Shown here piece by piece: positions 44,264 to 55,332 of a stretch of 64,000 bases of DNA. Within the stretch, counting starts at the first letter, position 1. The number at the start of each line of letters is the position of its first letter. The DNA lies in the NCBI GenBank assembly GCA_036504675.1, contig DASXUT010000035.1, positions 7,277 through 71,276 of the forward strand. Reading direction: 5' to 3'. The notes under the pieces are model-generated. The model saw only the letters and a program-made list of their open reading frames with translations. It was not told the origin of the DNA and did no database searches. The stretch comes from Bacillota bacterium (GTDB lineage Bacteria > Bacillota > Sulfobacillia > JAJYWN01 > JAJZPE01). The position numbers and the translations under genes are program-made.

Positions 44264-45031
44264 TTACCTCCCCGCGGTCTCCGACTCTCCCGTCCTTCCG
44301 GGTCCGGGCCTTCCGAGCGGCCGTTTCTGCGGAATCCCCGCCTTCCTGGGGTACTTCTCAGGCGTTCCTGCCTCCTTGGCCACGACCACCAGGGTCCGCG
44401 CCCCTCCGCCCCCTGGCAGAGACACCTTGACGGCTTTGGCCATCCGTCCCCCCACCGCCGTCAAAGCCAACGCGGCCTCGTCGGCCTCGGTCTCCCCCTC
44501 CGGGCCCTTCATTGCGACGAACCATCCGCCCACCCTGACCAAGGGCAGGCAAACCTCGGCCAGGGTGGCTAGGTGCCCGACGGCGCGGGCCACGGCCACA
44601 TCAAAGGCTTCCCGATAGCGGGCCTGGCGGGCCACATCCTCTGCCCTGGCGCCGACGACCTCGACCCCATCCAGGCCGAGCCGGCGGGTCGTCGCCTCGA
44701 GGAAGACGGCTTTCTTCTGACTGGCTTCTATCAGCGTCATCCTCAGGTCGGCACGGCTGATGGTCAGGGGAATCCCGGGAAATCCGCCGCCGCTGCCGAC
44801 GTCAACCACCCGAGCCCCGACCGGGAAGTCCAGGGCCAAAAGACAGGTGAGCGAATCGAGGAAATGTTTCACCAGCACCTCCTGATGCTCGGTGATCCGG
44901 GTCAGGTTGAATTCCTGGTTCGCCCCAAGGAGCAACCGCTCGAACCGCCCGAACTGCCTCTCCTGCTCCGGCGTCAAGGCGATCCCCAGGGCAGAGGCGA
45001 TGGCCGCGAGTTGGTCATCGGTCTGAAGCAT
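44264..45031 (-). CDS. rsmG: 16S rRNA (guanine527-N7)-methyltransferase RsmG (GidB)
   Basis: SAM motif [15 protein letters not shown]. In track ORF 44264..45226 the first 65 aa are junk overlapping mnmG. ATG at 45031 ([16 protein letters not shown]) is preferred. There is a basic Pro/Arg C-terminal tail. Confidence 0.85.
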   Translation of the reverse strand: MLQTDDQLAAIASALGIALTPEQERQFGRFERLLLGANQEFNLTRITEHQEVLVKHFLDSLTCLLALDFPVGARVVDVGSGGGFPGIPLTISRADLRMTLIEASQKKAVFLEATTRRLGLDGVEVVGARAEDVARQARYREAFDVAVARAVGHLATLAEVCLPLVRVGGWFVAMKGPEGETEADEAALALTAVGGRMAKAVKVSLPGGGGARTLVVVAKEAGTPEKYPRKAGIPQKRPLGRPGPGRTGESETAGR

Positions 45032-46931
45032 CGGGCGGACCTCCCTTGCGCCGTTCGGCTTCCAAATGGACCAGGAGCAGCGAGACATCGGCCGGTGAGA
45101 CTCCGGAGATCCTCCCCGCCTGACCGACCGACTCCGGCCTGATTTGGCCCAGCTTCTGTCTGGCTTCGTTGGACAACCCATACACCCGCTCATACTCAAG
45201 GTACCGCGGAATGGTCCTGGCCTCAAGGTGCTTCATCCGCTCGACGTGGGCTTGTTGCTTAGCGATGTACCCCGCGTATTTGACCTGTACTTCGACCTCA
45301 TCCCCGACCTCCCCCGGAAGATCCGGTCGGCCTCGATCAATCTCCTTCAAGGCCGGATAGTCCAGTTCGGGGCGGCGCAACAGGTCGGCCAGAGAAGTCG
45401 CCGCCCGAAGCTCGGCGCTCCCGTGCTTCCGAAGGAAGCCTTGGGTGGCCTGGTCGAGACGGACCCGTGTCGCCTCGAGCCGCTCAATCTCCTTCTCCGT
45501 GGCTTCCCTATTGGCCTCAAAGGCCGCGTACTGACGGTCGGAGACCAATCCCACCGCCCGGCCGATGGGGGTCAGACGAAGATCGGCGTTGTCATGGCGG
45601 AGCAGAAGGCGGTGTTCCGACCTGGCTGTGAGCATCCGATATGGCTCATCGGTCCCTTTTGTCACCAGATCGTCGATAAGCACGCCGATGTAGGCCTCAG
45701 ACCGTTCCAGGACCAGCGGCGGCCGGCCCTGTAAGGTCAGGGCGGCGTTGATCCCGGCCATCAGTCCTTGGGCGGCCGCCTCTTCGTACCCCGAGGTACC
45801 ATTGATCTGCCCAGCCGCGAACAGGCCCGGCACCGCCTTGACCTCCAGGCTCTTACGGAGCTGTGTCGGGACGAGATAGTCGTACTCGATGGCGTAGCCA
45901 GGCCGGATCATCTCGGCGTGTTCAAGCCCGCGGACCGTTCGCAGGGCCCGCAGTTGGACGTCTTCGGGAAGCGAGGTTGAGAACCCGAGGACGTACATCT
46001 CCCTCGTGTCCCGGCCCTCCGGTTCGATAAAGATTTGGTGCCGTGTCTTCTCGGCGAAACGGACCACTTTGTCCTCGATGGACGGGCAATAGCGTGGGCC
46101 GACGCCCTTAATCGCGCCGCTGTATAAGGGCGCGCGGTGGAGGTTGGCCCGAATGATGGCGTGGGTCTCCTCGTTGCTGTATGTCAGCCAACAGGGCAGC
46201 TGCGCCCGCTCCTCAGCGAGGCACCCGGTCATGGCGGAGAAACAATACGACCGCGAGGCACCCGGCTGCTCCTGCATGGCCCCGAAATCGATGGAATCGC
46301 GGTCGATTCGCGGCGGGGTACCGGTCTTGAACCGCCCCAGCCTCAGTCCCAGCCCTTCCAGGCTGGCGGTCAGTCCGCGCGACGAGAGCTGCCCGCCAGG
46401 TCCGGACTCATAGGACAGGTCGCCGATGATCACCCGGCTGTTGAGGTAGACCCCGGTCGTCAGGATGCAGGCTCTAGCCCCGTAGACCATGCCCGCGGTG
46501 GTCCTGACCCCGCTCCCCCGCCCGTCCTCGAGCACGACTTCTTCGACCATGGCCTGCTTGATCCGGAGGCCCGGCGTCCGCTCAAGCGTTTGCCGCATCT
46601 CGGCCTGATACGCCCGCTTGTCCGATTGGACCCGAAGGGCTTGCACGGCCGGCCCTTTCCCCGTGTTGAGCAGCCTGACCTGCAGCCTCGTCAGGTCCGC
46701 CGTCCGGCCCATCTCGCCACCGAGGGCATCGATCTCCCTCACGAGGTGCCCCTTGGCCGGCCCCCCGATGGCCGGGTTGCAGGGCATCAAGGCAATGTTC
46801 TCGAGGTTGATGGTCAGGATCAGGGTCTCCTGCCCGAGCCGGGCCGCAGCCAAAGCCGCCTCGCAGCCGGCGTGTCCGGCACCGACGACGATGACGTCAT
46901 AATCGGCGACGCGGTACCCCAAACCGTTCAC
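45015..46931 (-). CDS. mnmG: tRNA uridine-5-carboxymethylaminomethyl synthesis enzyme MnmG (GidA)
   Basis: FAD motif [23 protein letters not shown]. 638 aa, full length. Confidence 0.95.
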   Translation of the reverse strand: MNGLGYRVADYDVIVVGAGHAGCEAALAAARLGQETLILTINLENIALMPCNPAIGGPAKGHLVREIDALGGEMGRTADLTRLQVRLLNTGKGPAVQALRVQSDKRAYQAEMRQTLERTPGLRIKQAMVEEVVLEDGRGSGVRTTAGMVYGARACILTTGVYLNSRVIIGDLSYESGPGGQLSSRGLTASLEGLGLRLGRFKTGTPPRIDRDSIDFGAMQEQPGASRSYCFSAMTGCLAEERAQLPCWLTYSNEETHAIIRANLHRAPLYSGAIKGVGPRYCPSIEDKVVRFAEKTRHQIFIEPEGRDTREMYVLGFSTSLPEDVQLRALRTVRGLEHAEMIRPGYAIEYDYLVPTQLRKSLEVKAVPGLFAAGQINGTSGYEEAAAQGLMAGINAALTLQGRPPLVLERSEAYIGVLIDDLVTKGTDEPYRMLTARSEHRLLLRHDNADLRLTPIGRAVGLVSDRQYAAFEANREATEKEIERLEATRVRLDQATQGFLRKHGSAELRAATSLADLLRRPELDYPALKEIDRGRPDLPGEVGDEVEVQVKYAGYIAKQQAHVERMKHLEARTIPRYLEYERVYGLSNEARQKLGQIRPESVGQAGRISGVSPADVSLLLVHLEAERRKGGPPDASDR

Positions 46932-48406
46932 TTCCCCACGCAGAATTCCGCGAAGAGACGGTCGAGGATGCCTTCATCGACGGTCTCCCCGGTGATCTCG
47001 CCCAAGGCCGACCAGGCCTCGCGAAGGTCGACCACGGCCAGGTCCTCGGCCAGACCACGTGCCAGAGTGGTCACCGCCTCGCCGACCGCCGACCGTGCCC
47101 GGCGAAGGGATTCCTCGTTTCGGACGCTCCCCACCAGGGCCTCCTCTGGCGCCTCGGCCGAACCGGCGTAGACGAACGCGATCAGGGCCTGCTCCAGGCG
47201 ATCCAGCCCGGCGCCGGTGGCGGCCGACACGAGGACCCTCTCCCGCCCAAGAGCCAGGCCTGCGACCTCCCGCTCAAGTTCAGGGGAGAGGCCCCCATCC
47301 ACCGAGAGAAGGTCCGACTTATTCAGGACGACAATCGCCGGGACCGCCCCGAGGCTCTCCAAGAGCCGGCGGTCCTCGTCGCGGAGGGGCTCGCTGACGT
47401 CAACAACGGCCAGGATCACGTCGGCCGCCGTCAGCCACTGTCTTGTCCGCTCGACCCCCAGGCTCTCCACGGGGTCCGTCGTCGCCCGCAGGCCGGCGGT
47501 GTCGACCAGGCGCACCGGCACGCCGCTGAGATCCAGGGGCTCCTCGATGGCGTCCCTGGTCGTCCCGGGCACCGCAGTGACGATCGCCCGGTCCTCCCTG
47601 AGCAACGCGTTGAGTAGCGAAGACTTCCCGACGTTGGGTCGGCCCGCGATGACCACTTTGAGCCCCTGTCTCAAAATCTTCCCCGCGTGGGCCGACCCGA
47701 CCAGCCTGGCCAGGTCTTCGTCGATGGCCTGGCACTCACCGCGGAGTGACCCGTACGGGCTCGCATCGATCTCCTCGTCCGGAAAGTCGACCCCCGCCTC
47801 CACTTGGGCGATGGCTCGAGTCAGGCGCTCCTGCAACCGCCTGACTTGCCCCGACAGCCGACCGCCCAACGCCTCCACGGCCGCCCGGCGGCTGGCCTCC
47901 GTCCTCGAACGGACGAGGGCCATCACCGCCTCGGCCTCGGCCAGATCCAGCCGGCCGTTCAGGAAGGCCCGCTTGGTGAACTCCCCCGGCTCGGCCAAAC
48001 GCGCCCCCGCCCTCAGTACGGCCTGGAGGACCGCCCGGGTGACCACCGGGCCCCCGTGGCACTGGAACTCGATCACGTCTTCCCGGGTGTAGCTGTGCGG
48101 TTGGCCCATCACGGCTAGGAGGACCTCGTCGAGAAGGCGCCCGTCCGGCGTCCAAGCGTGGCCGTACAGAAGCCGGGGAGATCCCTCCCCCGCCGCCGGC
48201 CTAACGCCCTCGGTGGCCGCCCTTCCGCGGGCTGGAGGTTCCCTGCGCGGACCCCGAGTGAACAGCCGCCCGGCGATGGCCCGGGCCTTCGGCCCGCTGA
48301 CTCGAACGATGCCGATCCCGCCCTCCCCCAGAGGAGTCGAGATGGCCGCGATCGTATCACCCTCCGCCGGCTTTTGACTCGGCCCCCCTTCACCCACACC
48401 AGGCAT
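46928..48406 (-). CDS. mnmE: tRNA modification GTPase MnmE (TrmE)
   Basis: The N-terminus [23 protein letters not shown]-domain [14 protein letters not shown]...DTAGLR...NKSD, and C-terminal CVGK are present. An about 35-aa low-complexity insertion lies near the N-terminus. Confidence 0.9.
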   Translation of the reverse strand: MPGVGEGGPSQKPAEGDTIAAISTPLGEGGIGIVRVSGPKARAIAGRLFTRGPRREPPARGRAATEGVRPAAGEGSPRLLYGHAWTPDGRLLDEVLLAVMGQPHSYTREDVIEFQCHGGPVVTRAVLQAVLRAGARLAEPGEFTKRAFLNGRLDLAEAEAVMALVRSRTEASRRAAVEALGGRLSGQVRRLQERLTRAIAQVEAGVDFPDEEIDASPYGSLRGECQAIDEDLARLVGSAHAGKILRQGLKVVIAGRPNVGKSSLLNALLREDRAIVTAVPGTTRDAIEEPLDLSGVPVRLVDTAGLRATTDPVESLGVERTRQWLTAADVILAVVDVSEPLRDEDRRLLESLGAVPAIVVLNKSDLLSVDGGLSPELEREVAGLALGRERVLVSAATGAGLDRLEQALIAFVYAGSAEAPEEALVGSVRNEESLRRARSAVGEAVTTLARGLAEDLAVVDLREAWSALGEITGETVDEGILDRLFAEFCVGK

Positions 48407-48527
48407 GACCGGCCTCCCTCCCCTAAGACGCTCGAACCTTTCAGCGCGGGCCCAGCAGAACCGCCGGGCACTTCCCGGCCGGCCGCTTCGATGGCCAGTT
48501 GCCCCGGGTCAGCCCTGGCAGGACCCT

Positions 48528-48570
48528 CCCGAAAAAAGAAAAAGAACCGCCGCTCACTACGAGTCGGCGA
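48528..48570 (-). terminator. candidate terminator downstream of jag
   Basis: The minus strand reads CGCCGACTCGTAGTGAGCGGCG followed by GTTCTTTTTCTTTTTTCGG. The stem is short and the U-tract long. Confidence 0.45.
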
Positions 48571-48581
48571 TTCCGTTTGCC

Positions 48582-49205
48582 CTATTTCTTGACCGAGATG
48601 ACCACGTGCCGCTGCGGATCCTCTCCCTCGCTCTGCGTCCCCACGTAGGAATTGTCCTGCAAAGCCAGGTGGATGACCCTTCGCTCCTGGGCGCTCATGG
48701 GCTCGAGGACGACGCTCTGGCCGCTTGCCCGGACCCGGTCGGCCAAGCGCTCGGCCAATCGCTGCAAGGTCTCCTCCCGGCGCCGGCGGTACCCCTCGAC
48801 GTCAAGGATGATCCGCACCTTCTCCGCGTCTCCCGTCCGGTTGGCCGCCAAGTTGACGAGGTATTGAAAGGCGTCCAGGGTCTGCCCGCGTCGCCCGATG
48901 AGAATCCCCAGGTCGTCACCATGCAGGTCGTACGCCGTAGCCCCTTCCCGCTCCTCGGTCTCGATCCGGACATTGAGGCCCATCCCGGCTACGACCTCTT
49001 CGATGAGATGACGGGCGACCTGGCGCCGGTCCTGGCGCACCCGCACCAGGACCCGGGCCTCCTTCGCTCCGATTAGGCCGAACAGCCCCTTGGTCGGCTC
49101 GTCCAAGACGACCACGTCGACGTCCTCGGGCCGGGCGTTGAGCTCCTTGACGGCTGCCCGAACGGCTTCGTCGACCGTCTTTCCCCGCTTTTCGATTTCG
49201 TTCAC
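48582..49205 (-). CDS. khpB: Jag/KhpB RNA-binding protein (KH + R3H domains)
   Basis: R3H/KH C-terminus (MSAQERRVIHLALQ) and an N-terminal Jag_N (GKTVDEAVRAAVKEL). The track N-terminus, 67 aa in the yidC overlap, is rejected. GTG at 49205 forms a GTGA overlap with the yidC stop. Confidence 0.8.
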   Translation of the reverse strand: MNEIEKRGKTVDEAVRAAVKELNARPEDVDVVVLDEPTKGLFGLIGAKEARVLVRVRQDRRQVARHLIEEVVAGMGLNVRIETEEREGATAYDLHGDDLGILIGRRGQTLDAFQYLVNLAANRTGDAEKVRIILDVEGYRRRREETLQRLAERLADRVRASGQSVVLEPMSAQERRVIHLALQDNSYVGTQSEGEDPQRHVVISVKK

Positions 49206-49894
49206 TTGCTCTTGTCCTCCCCCGTGGCCGGCGCCGGCTTGGGCGTCAGGTACTGCTGCAAGATGGCCAGGAAGTTGGACACCACCCAGTACAACGCGAG
49301 CCCGGCCGCGAACCTCAGGCTCAGAAAGGCAATCAGGACCGGCATCATGAAGAGCATGGTCTTCTGAGTCTGGTCGGTCGCCGGCGTTGAGATCTTCTGT
49401 TGCCACCAGGTGGTGACCCCGGTGAGGATGGGCAGGATGAACAGTGGATCAGGGCGGCCAAGATGATGGATCCACAAGAACCCGGCCGGCCCTAGGTACT
49501 GGAACTTGTCCAGCGCCCGGAAAAGAGCGATGATGATCGGGAATTGCAGGAGCAGCGGCAGGCATCCGCCGAGAGGATTGACCCCAAACTTCTTCCAAAG
49601 GGCCATCGTTTCCTGATTCATCTTCTGCGGGTCGTTCTTGTATTTCTTCTCCAGGGCCTTCCGGTGCGGCTCGAGGGCCATCATCTTCTGGGTCGACCGC
49701 ACTTGGCTATACTGGAAAGGAGCCAACAAGACACGAATGACCGCCGTCACCAGGATGATGGCCAAACCATAGTTCCCCGTCCACCCGTAAAAGGTGTTCA
49801 GCCCTTGCTGAACGATTGATGTCAACCAGGCCAAACCTTGCCCCCCCTTATCTTCCCCAACCGCCGATATTATGTTCTCCTCCGCCCACCTCAT
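49202..49894 (-). CDS. yidC: membrane protein insertase YidC (short Firmicutes/Oxa1 type)
   Basis: 230 aa. The conserved core is PLGGCLPLLLQFPIIIALF...LFILPILTGVTTWWQQK...LYWVVSNFLAILQQY. Confidence 0.85.
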   Translation of the reverse strand: MRWAEENIISAVGEDKGGQGLAWLTSIVQQGLNTFYGWTGNYGLAIILVTAVIRVLLAPFQYSQVRSTQKMMALEPHRKALEKKYKNDPQKMNQETMALWKKFGVNPLGGCLPLLLQFPIIIALFRALDKFQYLGPAGFLWIHHLGRPDPLFILPILTGVTTWWQQKISTPATDQTQKTMLFMMPVLIAFLSLRFAAGLALYWVVSNFLAILQQYLTPKPAPATGEDKSK

Positions 49895-49912
49895 TCCAGG
49901 TCCGCTGACCGG

Positions 49913-50137
49913 TCACGGGACCGGATCGTAGCCTCCTGGATGGAACGGGTGGCAGCGGAGCAGGCGACGCCCGGCCAAGAGGAGCCCCCTGGCCGCACCA
50001 TACTTGGCCACCGCTTGCTCCGCGTAGTCCGAACAGCTCGGGTAAAAGCGGCACGTCGGTGGCTTGAGGGGTGATAGGAAGCGTTGATAAAAGCGGATCG
50101 CCGCAGACACGAACCGGGTCGCCAAGGTCAATGTCAT
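49913..50137 (-). CDS. yidD: membrane protein insertion efficiency factor YidD
   Basis: The 74-aa sequence contains [25 protein letters not shown]. There is a 4-bp overlap with rnpA. Confidence 0.85.
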   Translation of the reverse strand: MTLTLATRFVSAAIRFYQRFLSPLKPPTCRFYPSCSDYAEQAVAKYGAARGLLLAGRRLLRCHPFHPGGYDPVP

Positions 50138-50490
50138 GCCCTCCGCTCATGGACTCGGGCGCGAGATAGCAAGGTCGCCATGGTGTCCAGGACTTCATCC
50201 CACCGCTGAAAGAGGAGCCGCCCTCGGGCCACGAAGACAAGGTCGAAGCCGCCGGCCATCGGCTGCCGGCCGACGACCTGTCTGAAGGCCTCTCGGAGCA
50301 AGCGCTTGGCCCGGTTCCTGGCCACCGCTGGACCCAACCGCTTGCCGGCCACGAACCCGACCCGCGTGATCGCCGTCCCCGACGGCTTGGCGTAGAGCAC
50401 CGCCCCGGGCATGACCCAGGACTTGCCCGCCTCGTAGACGGCGGCGAAATCACCTTCCGAACGAAGCCGCTCGACCTGGTTTGCGCTCAT
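50134..50490 (-). CDS. rnpA: ribonuclease P protein component
   Basis: The 118-aa basic protein ([17 protein letters not shown]...[13 protein letters not shown]) has the RnpA signature. Confidence 0.85.
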   Translation of the reverse strand: MSANQVERLRSEGDFAAVYEAGKSWVMPGAVLYAKPSGTAITRVGFVAGKRLGPAVARNRAKRLLREAFRQVVGRQPMAGGFDLVFVARGRLLFQRWDEVLDTMATLLSRARVHERRA

Positions 50491-50584
50491 TTTCTGCCTA
50501 ATCGGGCTGAGGACCCTTTGGCCGCACCAATCCGCCTGGCCCCGGGACGACGACGAAAAGGGGCCACGGGCTAGTCCGCGGCCC

Positions 50585-50719
50585 CTACCCAGCCAACCGC
50601 TTGCGTCCCTTTAGTCTCCTGCTCTTCAAGACCTTCCGGCCACCCAGGCTGGACATCCGCTTGAGGAAGCCATGGACCTTCTTGCGTTTCGCCGCTTTCG
50701 GTTGATAGGTTCTCTTCAA
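50585..50719 (-). CDS. rpmH: 50S ribosomal protein L34
   Basis: The 44-aa minus-strand ORF is below the ORF-track size cutoff. Its translation is (M)[46 protein letters not shown] start with an AAGGGAG RBS 8 nt upstream. Confidence 0.8.
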   Translation of the reverse strand: MKRTYQPKAAKRKKVHGFLKRMSSLGGRKVLKSRRLKGRKRLAG

Positions 50720-51093
50720 CGACGACACTCCCTTCGGAAAAACAAACCCTTGGCCGGGTGGCTCAGGGACGCAGAATTCCTTTTTAGATTATACCGTGCC
50801 GAAAAAATGCCTGTCAAGGACACGCTCTCGTCAACCCCTTCGGGGATCTGTTTTTCTTGCCCAAAGAGGGAGGAAGACCGCTTCGAACCGGCGAATGCTT
50901 ATCGCCCCAGTTGCTCCGCACGACCCGCGGCATGGGTCGTGGTGGGCTCCTTTGGGGGCGGTCCAAGCTGGGCAAACCATACGGGTCCTTTATTTTCTAG
51001 GCCGACAGGAAAACCCGCCGGGACCGTCTAATCCCTGGCATTAGCTTTTGGCCGGAGTCCCGGCGTGCCCTGCTTCTTCCAGCCGCTGTTGTC

Positions 51094-51323
51094 TTATACA
51101 CAACCTGTGGATATCGTTGTGGATACCTTGTTGATTCCGCCTTCAGCCGCCTCTCCGGGCTGAAGGTTTTTTCCCCACCGCGCTCCGCCCGATCGGTTGG
51201 CTGGTGACGACCAGAAGCCTGCCATGACGTCGCTTGCGTCCGGCGAAGGCTCCCGGCTCGCAGCCCGCTGGCCGAAGACAAGTGCCCGCCACCCTAGCTC
51301 CTGTGGATAATCATGTGGACAAG
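51094..51323 (+). promoter_or_regulatory. oriC DnaA-box cluster upstream of dnaA (incA/B-like)
   Basis: The cluster holds TTATaCACA, TGTGGATAt and TGTGGATAc at 51094-51126. A perfect TGTGGATAA (51302-51310) and TGTGGAcAA (51315-51323) lie just before the dnaA RBS. Confidence 0.6.
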
Positions 51324-51347
51324 TCTCCCTTTGGAGGGCTCCCGGAC

Positions 51348-52709
51348 ATGAAAGATCAACTCATCGAAATCTGGGACAAGGCACTGGCGGCGATGGAGCG
51401 TGACCTCCCGCGAGCCGGCTACGAAACCTGGCTGAAGGGTACTCATCCTCTGGCCCTCCACGACGACACGATGGTCATCGGCGTTCCCAACGATTTTGCC
51501 CGGGAATGGTTGGAGACCAAGTACTCCTCGCTGATCAAGCGCACCCTCAAGGGGATCGTCGGCTACGACATGGCCATTCGCTTCGTCCACGAGTCCGGGC
51601 CGGCCGCCTCCGCCGCGGACGAGGTGGCCTCAACCTGGGCCACCCCTCAGTCGGCCGTGCCGACCATTAACGGCGAATCGATTGGGCAACCGCTCAATCC
51701 CAGGTACACCTTCGACCGTTTCGTCGTCGGCAACTCCAATCGCTTCGCCCACGCCGCCTCACAGGCCGTGGCCGGCGCGCCGGCCCGGGCTTACAACCCG
51801 CTGTTCATCTACGGCGGGGTCGGTCTCGGAAAGACCCACCTGATGCAGGCAGCGGGGCACTACATCCGGACCCAGGGGAACGGGATGCGGGTCGTCTACA
51901 TCTCTTCCGAAACCTTCACCAACGAACTGATCTCGTCCATCCGGGACCGGACCCAACACGAATTCCGGAACCGCTACCGGACAATCGACGTCCTCCTGGT
52001 CGACGACATCCAGTTTCTGGCCGGCAAAGAAGCCACCCAAGAGGAATTCTTCCACACCTTCAACTCGCTCCACGAAGCCAACCGCCAGATCGTCATCTCC
52101 AGCGACCGTCCGCCAAAGGAGATCACCGCCCTCGAAGAGCGGCTACGCTCGCGATTCGAGTGGGGGCTCATCGCTGACATCCAGCCACCAGACCTCGAGA
52201 CCAGGGTGGCCATCCTTCGCAAGAAGGCCGAAATTGAGCGCCTAGAGATTCCCAATGACGTCATGCTCTTCATCGCCTCGAAGATCGATACCAACATCCG
52301 CGAACTCGAGGGGGCCCTGATTCGAATCATCGCCTATGCCTCGTTGATAAGCCATGACGTGACCATCGACGTGGCCGCCGAAGCCCTCAAAGACATCCTC
52401 CCGCAGCGCCGTCCCAAGACCCTCTCGATCGAACTCATCCAGCAACGCGTGGCGGCCTTCTACGGGTTGCGGGTCGACGACCTCAAAGCCCAGCGGCGCA
52501 CTAGGGCCTTGGCTTTTCCCAGGCAGATTGCCATGTACATCTCCCGTGAGCTGACCGACTCTTCGCTTCCAAGGATCGGCGAGGAGTTCGGCGGACGCGA
52601 TCACACCACGGTCATTCATGCCTACGAAAAGGTGGCCGCGGATATGAAGGTCGACGCCTCTTTGCGCTCGGTCGTCCAAGAATTGATGGAGAAGCTCCGC
52701 AACGGTTAG
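51348..52709 (+). CDS. dnaA: chromosomal replication initiator DnaA
   Basis: AAA+ Walker A GGVGLGKTHL, the sensor, and the domain-IV HTH are present. The track start at 51234 adds 38 aa of junk spanning DnaA boxes. ATG at 51348 (MKDQLIEIWDKAL) has a GGAGGG RBS. Confidence 0.95.
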   Translation: MKDQLIEIWDKALAAMERDLPRAGYETWLKGTHPLALHDDTMVIGVPNDFAREWLETKYSSLIKRTLKGIVGYDMAIRFVHESGPAASAADEVASTWATPQSAVPTINGESIGQPLNPRYTFDRFVVGNSNRFAHAASQAVAGAPARAYNPLFIYGGVGLGKTHLMQAAGHYIRTQGNGMRVVYISSETFTNELISSIRDRTQHEFRNRYRTIDVLLVDDIQFLAGKEATQEEFFHTFNSLHEANRQIVISSDRPPKEITALEERLRSRFEWGLIADIQPPDLETRVAILRKKAEIERLEIPNDVMLFIASKIDTNIRELEGALIRIIAYASLISHDVTIDVAAEALKDILPQRRPKTLSIELIQQRVAAFYGLRVDDLKAQRRTRALAFPRQIAMYISRELTDSSLPRIGEEFGGRDHTTVIHAYEKVAADMKVDASLRSVVQELMEKLRNG

Positions 52710-52723
52710 TCCGGCCTGGAGCC

Positions 52724-52960
52724 TGTGGACGACCTCTGGACAACCTGTTGAACGACCTGTGGATAGAATGGGTTGAACCCTAATCTGTGGACAAGACCGT
52801 GGATAGTGGGGACAACCTGCGCAAGATGACCACAGCTTGTCAACAGACCAGCGGCACAAATGGCCTGCGACTCAATGACTTATCCCCATATCCACATCCC
52901 CTGTTACTAAAGCCTCTAGGTTTCTATAAAGATTCGAGGCATAAGAGTTTTACACAAAGG
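52724..52960 (+). promoter_or_regulatory. oriC DnaA-box cluster and AT-rich DNA-unwinding element between dnaA and dnaN (incC-like)
   Basis: Boxes TGTGGACgA, TGTGGATAg, TGTGGAcAA, cGTGGATAg, TTATCCcCA and aTATCCACA lie at 52724-52896. They are followed by a locally AT-rich 60 bp (ctgttactaaagcctctaggtttctataaagattcgaggcataagagttttacac) in a roughly 68% GC genome. Confidence 0.6.
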
Positions 52961-52979
52961 CCAAGAAAGGGGAACGGAC

Positions 52980-54086
52980 ATGAAATTGACTTTCCAACAG
53001 GACCAACTGGCTCCGGTTTTGCAGACCGTACAAAGAGTGGTCTCCCCTCGAACCACCTTGCCGGTCTTGACCGGAGTCCTTCTTTCCGGGCGGGACGGAA
53101 AGATCAAGCTCGTGGCCACCGACCACGAAATCGCCGTTGAGTGCGAAGCTCCGGGCGAGGTCCTCGAGGAAGGTGCTCTGGTCCTGCCGGCCCGCTACTT
53201 CGTGGACATTGTCCGCCGAATCCCGTCCGGTCCGGTTAACTTGGAGACGACCCCTCAGGGCAAGGGTGCCGCCATCCGCTGGGGACGTTCCCAGTACACC
53301 ATCCACGGTTTTGCGGCCGAGGAGTTTCCCACTCTGGCGAGATTCAGCCAGACCAACACCTTGAGCATGAAGCGTAAGGAACTGCGGGAAATCATCGATC
53401 GGACGATCTTTTCGGTCTCCCATGACGAGACCAGACCGATGCTCACCGGCGCCCTCCTGGAGTTCGAGGACGACAAGGTCCGACTGGTGGCCACCGACGG
53501 AGTGCGGATGGCGCTGAAAGAGAAGGTCATTGTCGGGTCCACGAACCAGCAGAAGGCGATCGTCCCCGGGCGGGCCCTGGCCGAACTGGGGCGGATCCTC
53601 GGTGAGATCGACGATGAGGACGTGGCTGTCGGGCTCGAGGGCGGTCAAGTCTTCGTCCAATCGAAGCGAGTGCACTTCCGCTCACGGACCATCGACGGTC
53701 AATTCCCGAACTACCGCCAGGTCATACCCAAGGAGTTCAAGAGCGAGGCCAGTTTAAAGACCTCAGACTACCTGGCGGCCTGCGAACGAAGCTTTATCCT
53801 GGCCCAGGAGGGCGGACACGCGGTCAAGCTCGATTTCAAGCCCGAATCCCTGACCATCACGGCCAACGCCCCCGAGGTCGGGAATGTCGTCGAGGAGATC
53901 CCGGCAGTTTCGACCGGCGAGCCCATCCAGATCGCCTTTAATGTCAAGTACCTCATCGAGAGCCTCCGCAACATCGGCTCCGAGGAGGTCACCTTTCGGA
54001 TGACCGGGCCGATCAGCCCGTGCATCATGAAGCCCAAGGATCGAGATGACCTGATCTACGTCCTCCTGCCGCTTAGAACGGTCTAG
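52980..54086 (+). CDS. dnaN: DNA polymerase III beta sliding clamp
   Basis: 368 aa with three beta-clamp domains. ATG has an AAAGGGGAA RBS. Confidence 0.95.
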   Translation: MKLTFQQDQLAPVLQTVQRVVSPRTTLPVLTGVLLSGRDGKIKLVATDHEIAVECEAPGEVLEEGALVLPARYFVDIVRRIPSGPVNLETTPQGKGAAIRWGRSQYTIHGFAAEEFPTLARFSQTNTLSMKRKELREIIDRTIFSVSHDETRPMLTGALLEFEDDKVRLVATDGVRMALKEKVIVGSTNQQKAIVPGRALAELGRILGEIDDEDVAVGLEGGQVFVQSKRVHFRSRTIDGQFPNYRQVIPKEFKSEASLKTSDYLAACERSFILAQEGGHAVKLDFKPESLTITANAPEVGNVVEEIPAVSTGEPIQIAFNVKYLIESLRNIGSEEVTFRMTGPISPCIMKPKDRDDLIYVLLPLRTV

Positions 54087-54153
54087 AAGACGGCCGGTCT
54101 GACCCGGCCCGGCTCCCAAGCGGTCAAGCGCCGCCTCGACAAGGAGACCTCCT

Positions 54154-55332
54154 GTGCGCCTGGAACACCTGCTATTGCAGGATTTTAGATCGTTTGACAG
54201 ACTGGACCTGACCCTAACCGGCCAGGTCAATGTCTTTGTCGGCAACAATGCCGAGGGGAAGACCAACGCCCTCGAAGCGGTCTATCTTCTGGCCACGGGA
54301 CGCTCCCACCGAGCCGTCCGCGACCGTGATTTGGTCCGCTGGGGGGCGGAGGCCTATCGGGTCAGCGGCCGGTTCACCCGACCGACCGGGGCCCTCCAGG
54401 TGGAAATGGCGTTTTCGACCCGCGGCCAAAAGGTCCTCCGGCTGAACGGCGTGCCCAAGCGGCGGCTAAGCGAAATCATCGGGCAGGCACGGGTGGTCCT
54501 CTTTGCTCCCGAGGACCTTGAGTTGGTCAAGGGATCCCCGGAGATTCGGCGCCGCTATATCGACCTGCAGTTGGCCCAGGTCTCACCGGCCTATTACCAC
54601 CACTTGGCGGCCTACCACCGGGTTCTCCAACAGCGCAACCGGCTCTTGAAGAACGGCGCCCAGGCCGACGAGACGGGCCTCGAAGCCTGGGATGACAAGC
54701 TTGTCGAGCACGGGGCGGAAGTGATCCGTCGCCGCCGGCTGGCCCTGGCCAGGATCTCCCCCTGGGCCCGAGAGGCCCAGCGCCAGGTATCCGGCGGCGA
54801 GGAGGAACTGGCGATAAGTTATCAAAGTTCTCTCTCAGGGGACGCGGGCCAGTCGGGGCGAGACCCGGAGTCCGAGATCGCGGCTGAGGACGAAGTGGGG
54901 GCGGAACCTCTGGAGGAGATCGCCCGGGCCTTTCACCGGCGCCTGGAGAGGCTCCGGGTGGCCGAACAGGAGCGCCAGGTGACTCTGGTCGGACCGCACC
55001 GGGACGACCTCGGCCTCCGGGTCAACGGGCAGGAAGCCCGCCGCTTCGCCTCTCAGGGTCAGCAGCGGACCGTAGCCCTGGCCCTCAAGCTGGCCGAAGT
55101 CGAGCACCTCAAGACCGACGACGGTGACCCGCCCCTCCTTCTCCTCGACGACGTCCTCTCCGAGCTGGACGAGAGAAGGCGCGGCCTCCTCCTGCAGACC
55201 GTCGGCCGGGTTCAGACGATTATCACCGGGACCGATCCGGCCCCCCTTAGCGGCCGGCTGGCCGCCGACGTCGCCTTCTACACCGTCGCCAAGGGGGCCA
55301 TCGTCCCGCACAAGGGCGGTCCTCTGCCGTGA
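54154..55332 (+). CDS. recF: DNA replication/repair protein RecF
   Basis: Walker A GNNAEGKTNALEA, signature SQGQQRTVALALKLAE, and Walker B LLLDDVLSELD are present. GTG start with a GGAGA RBS. Confidence 0.9.
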   Translation: MRLEHLLLQDFRSFDRLDLTLTGQVNVFVGNNAEGKTNALEAVYLLATGRSHRAVRDRDLVRWGAEAYRVSGRFTRPTGALQVEMAFSTRGQKVLRLNGVPKRRLSEIIGQARVVLFAPEDLELVKGSPEIRRRYIDLQLAQVSPAYYHHLAAYHRVLQQRNRLLKNGAQADETGLEAWDDKLVEHGAEVIRRRRLALARISPWAREAQRQVSGGEEELAISYQSSLSGDAGQSGRDPESEIAAEDEVGAEPLEEIARAFHRRLERLRVAEQERQVTLVGPHRDDLGLRVNGQEARRFASQGQQRTVALALKLAEVEHLKTDDGDPPLLLLDDVLSELDERRRGLLLQTVGRVQTIITGTDPAPLSGRLAADVAFYTVAKGAIVPHKGGPLP

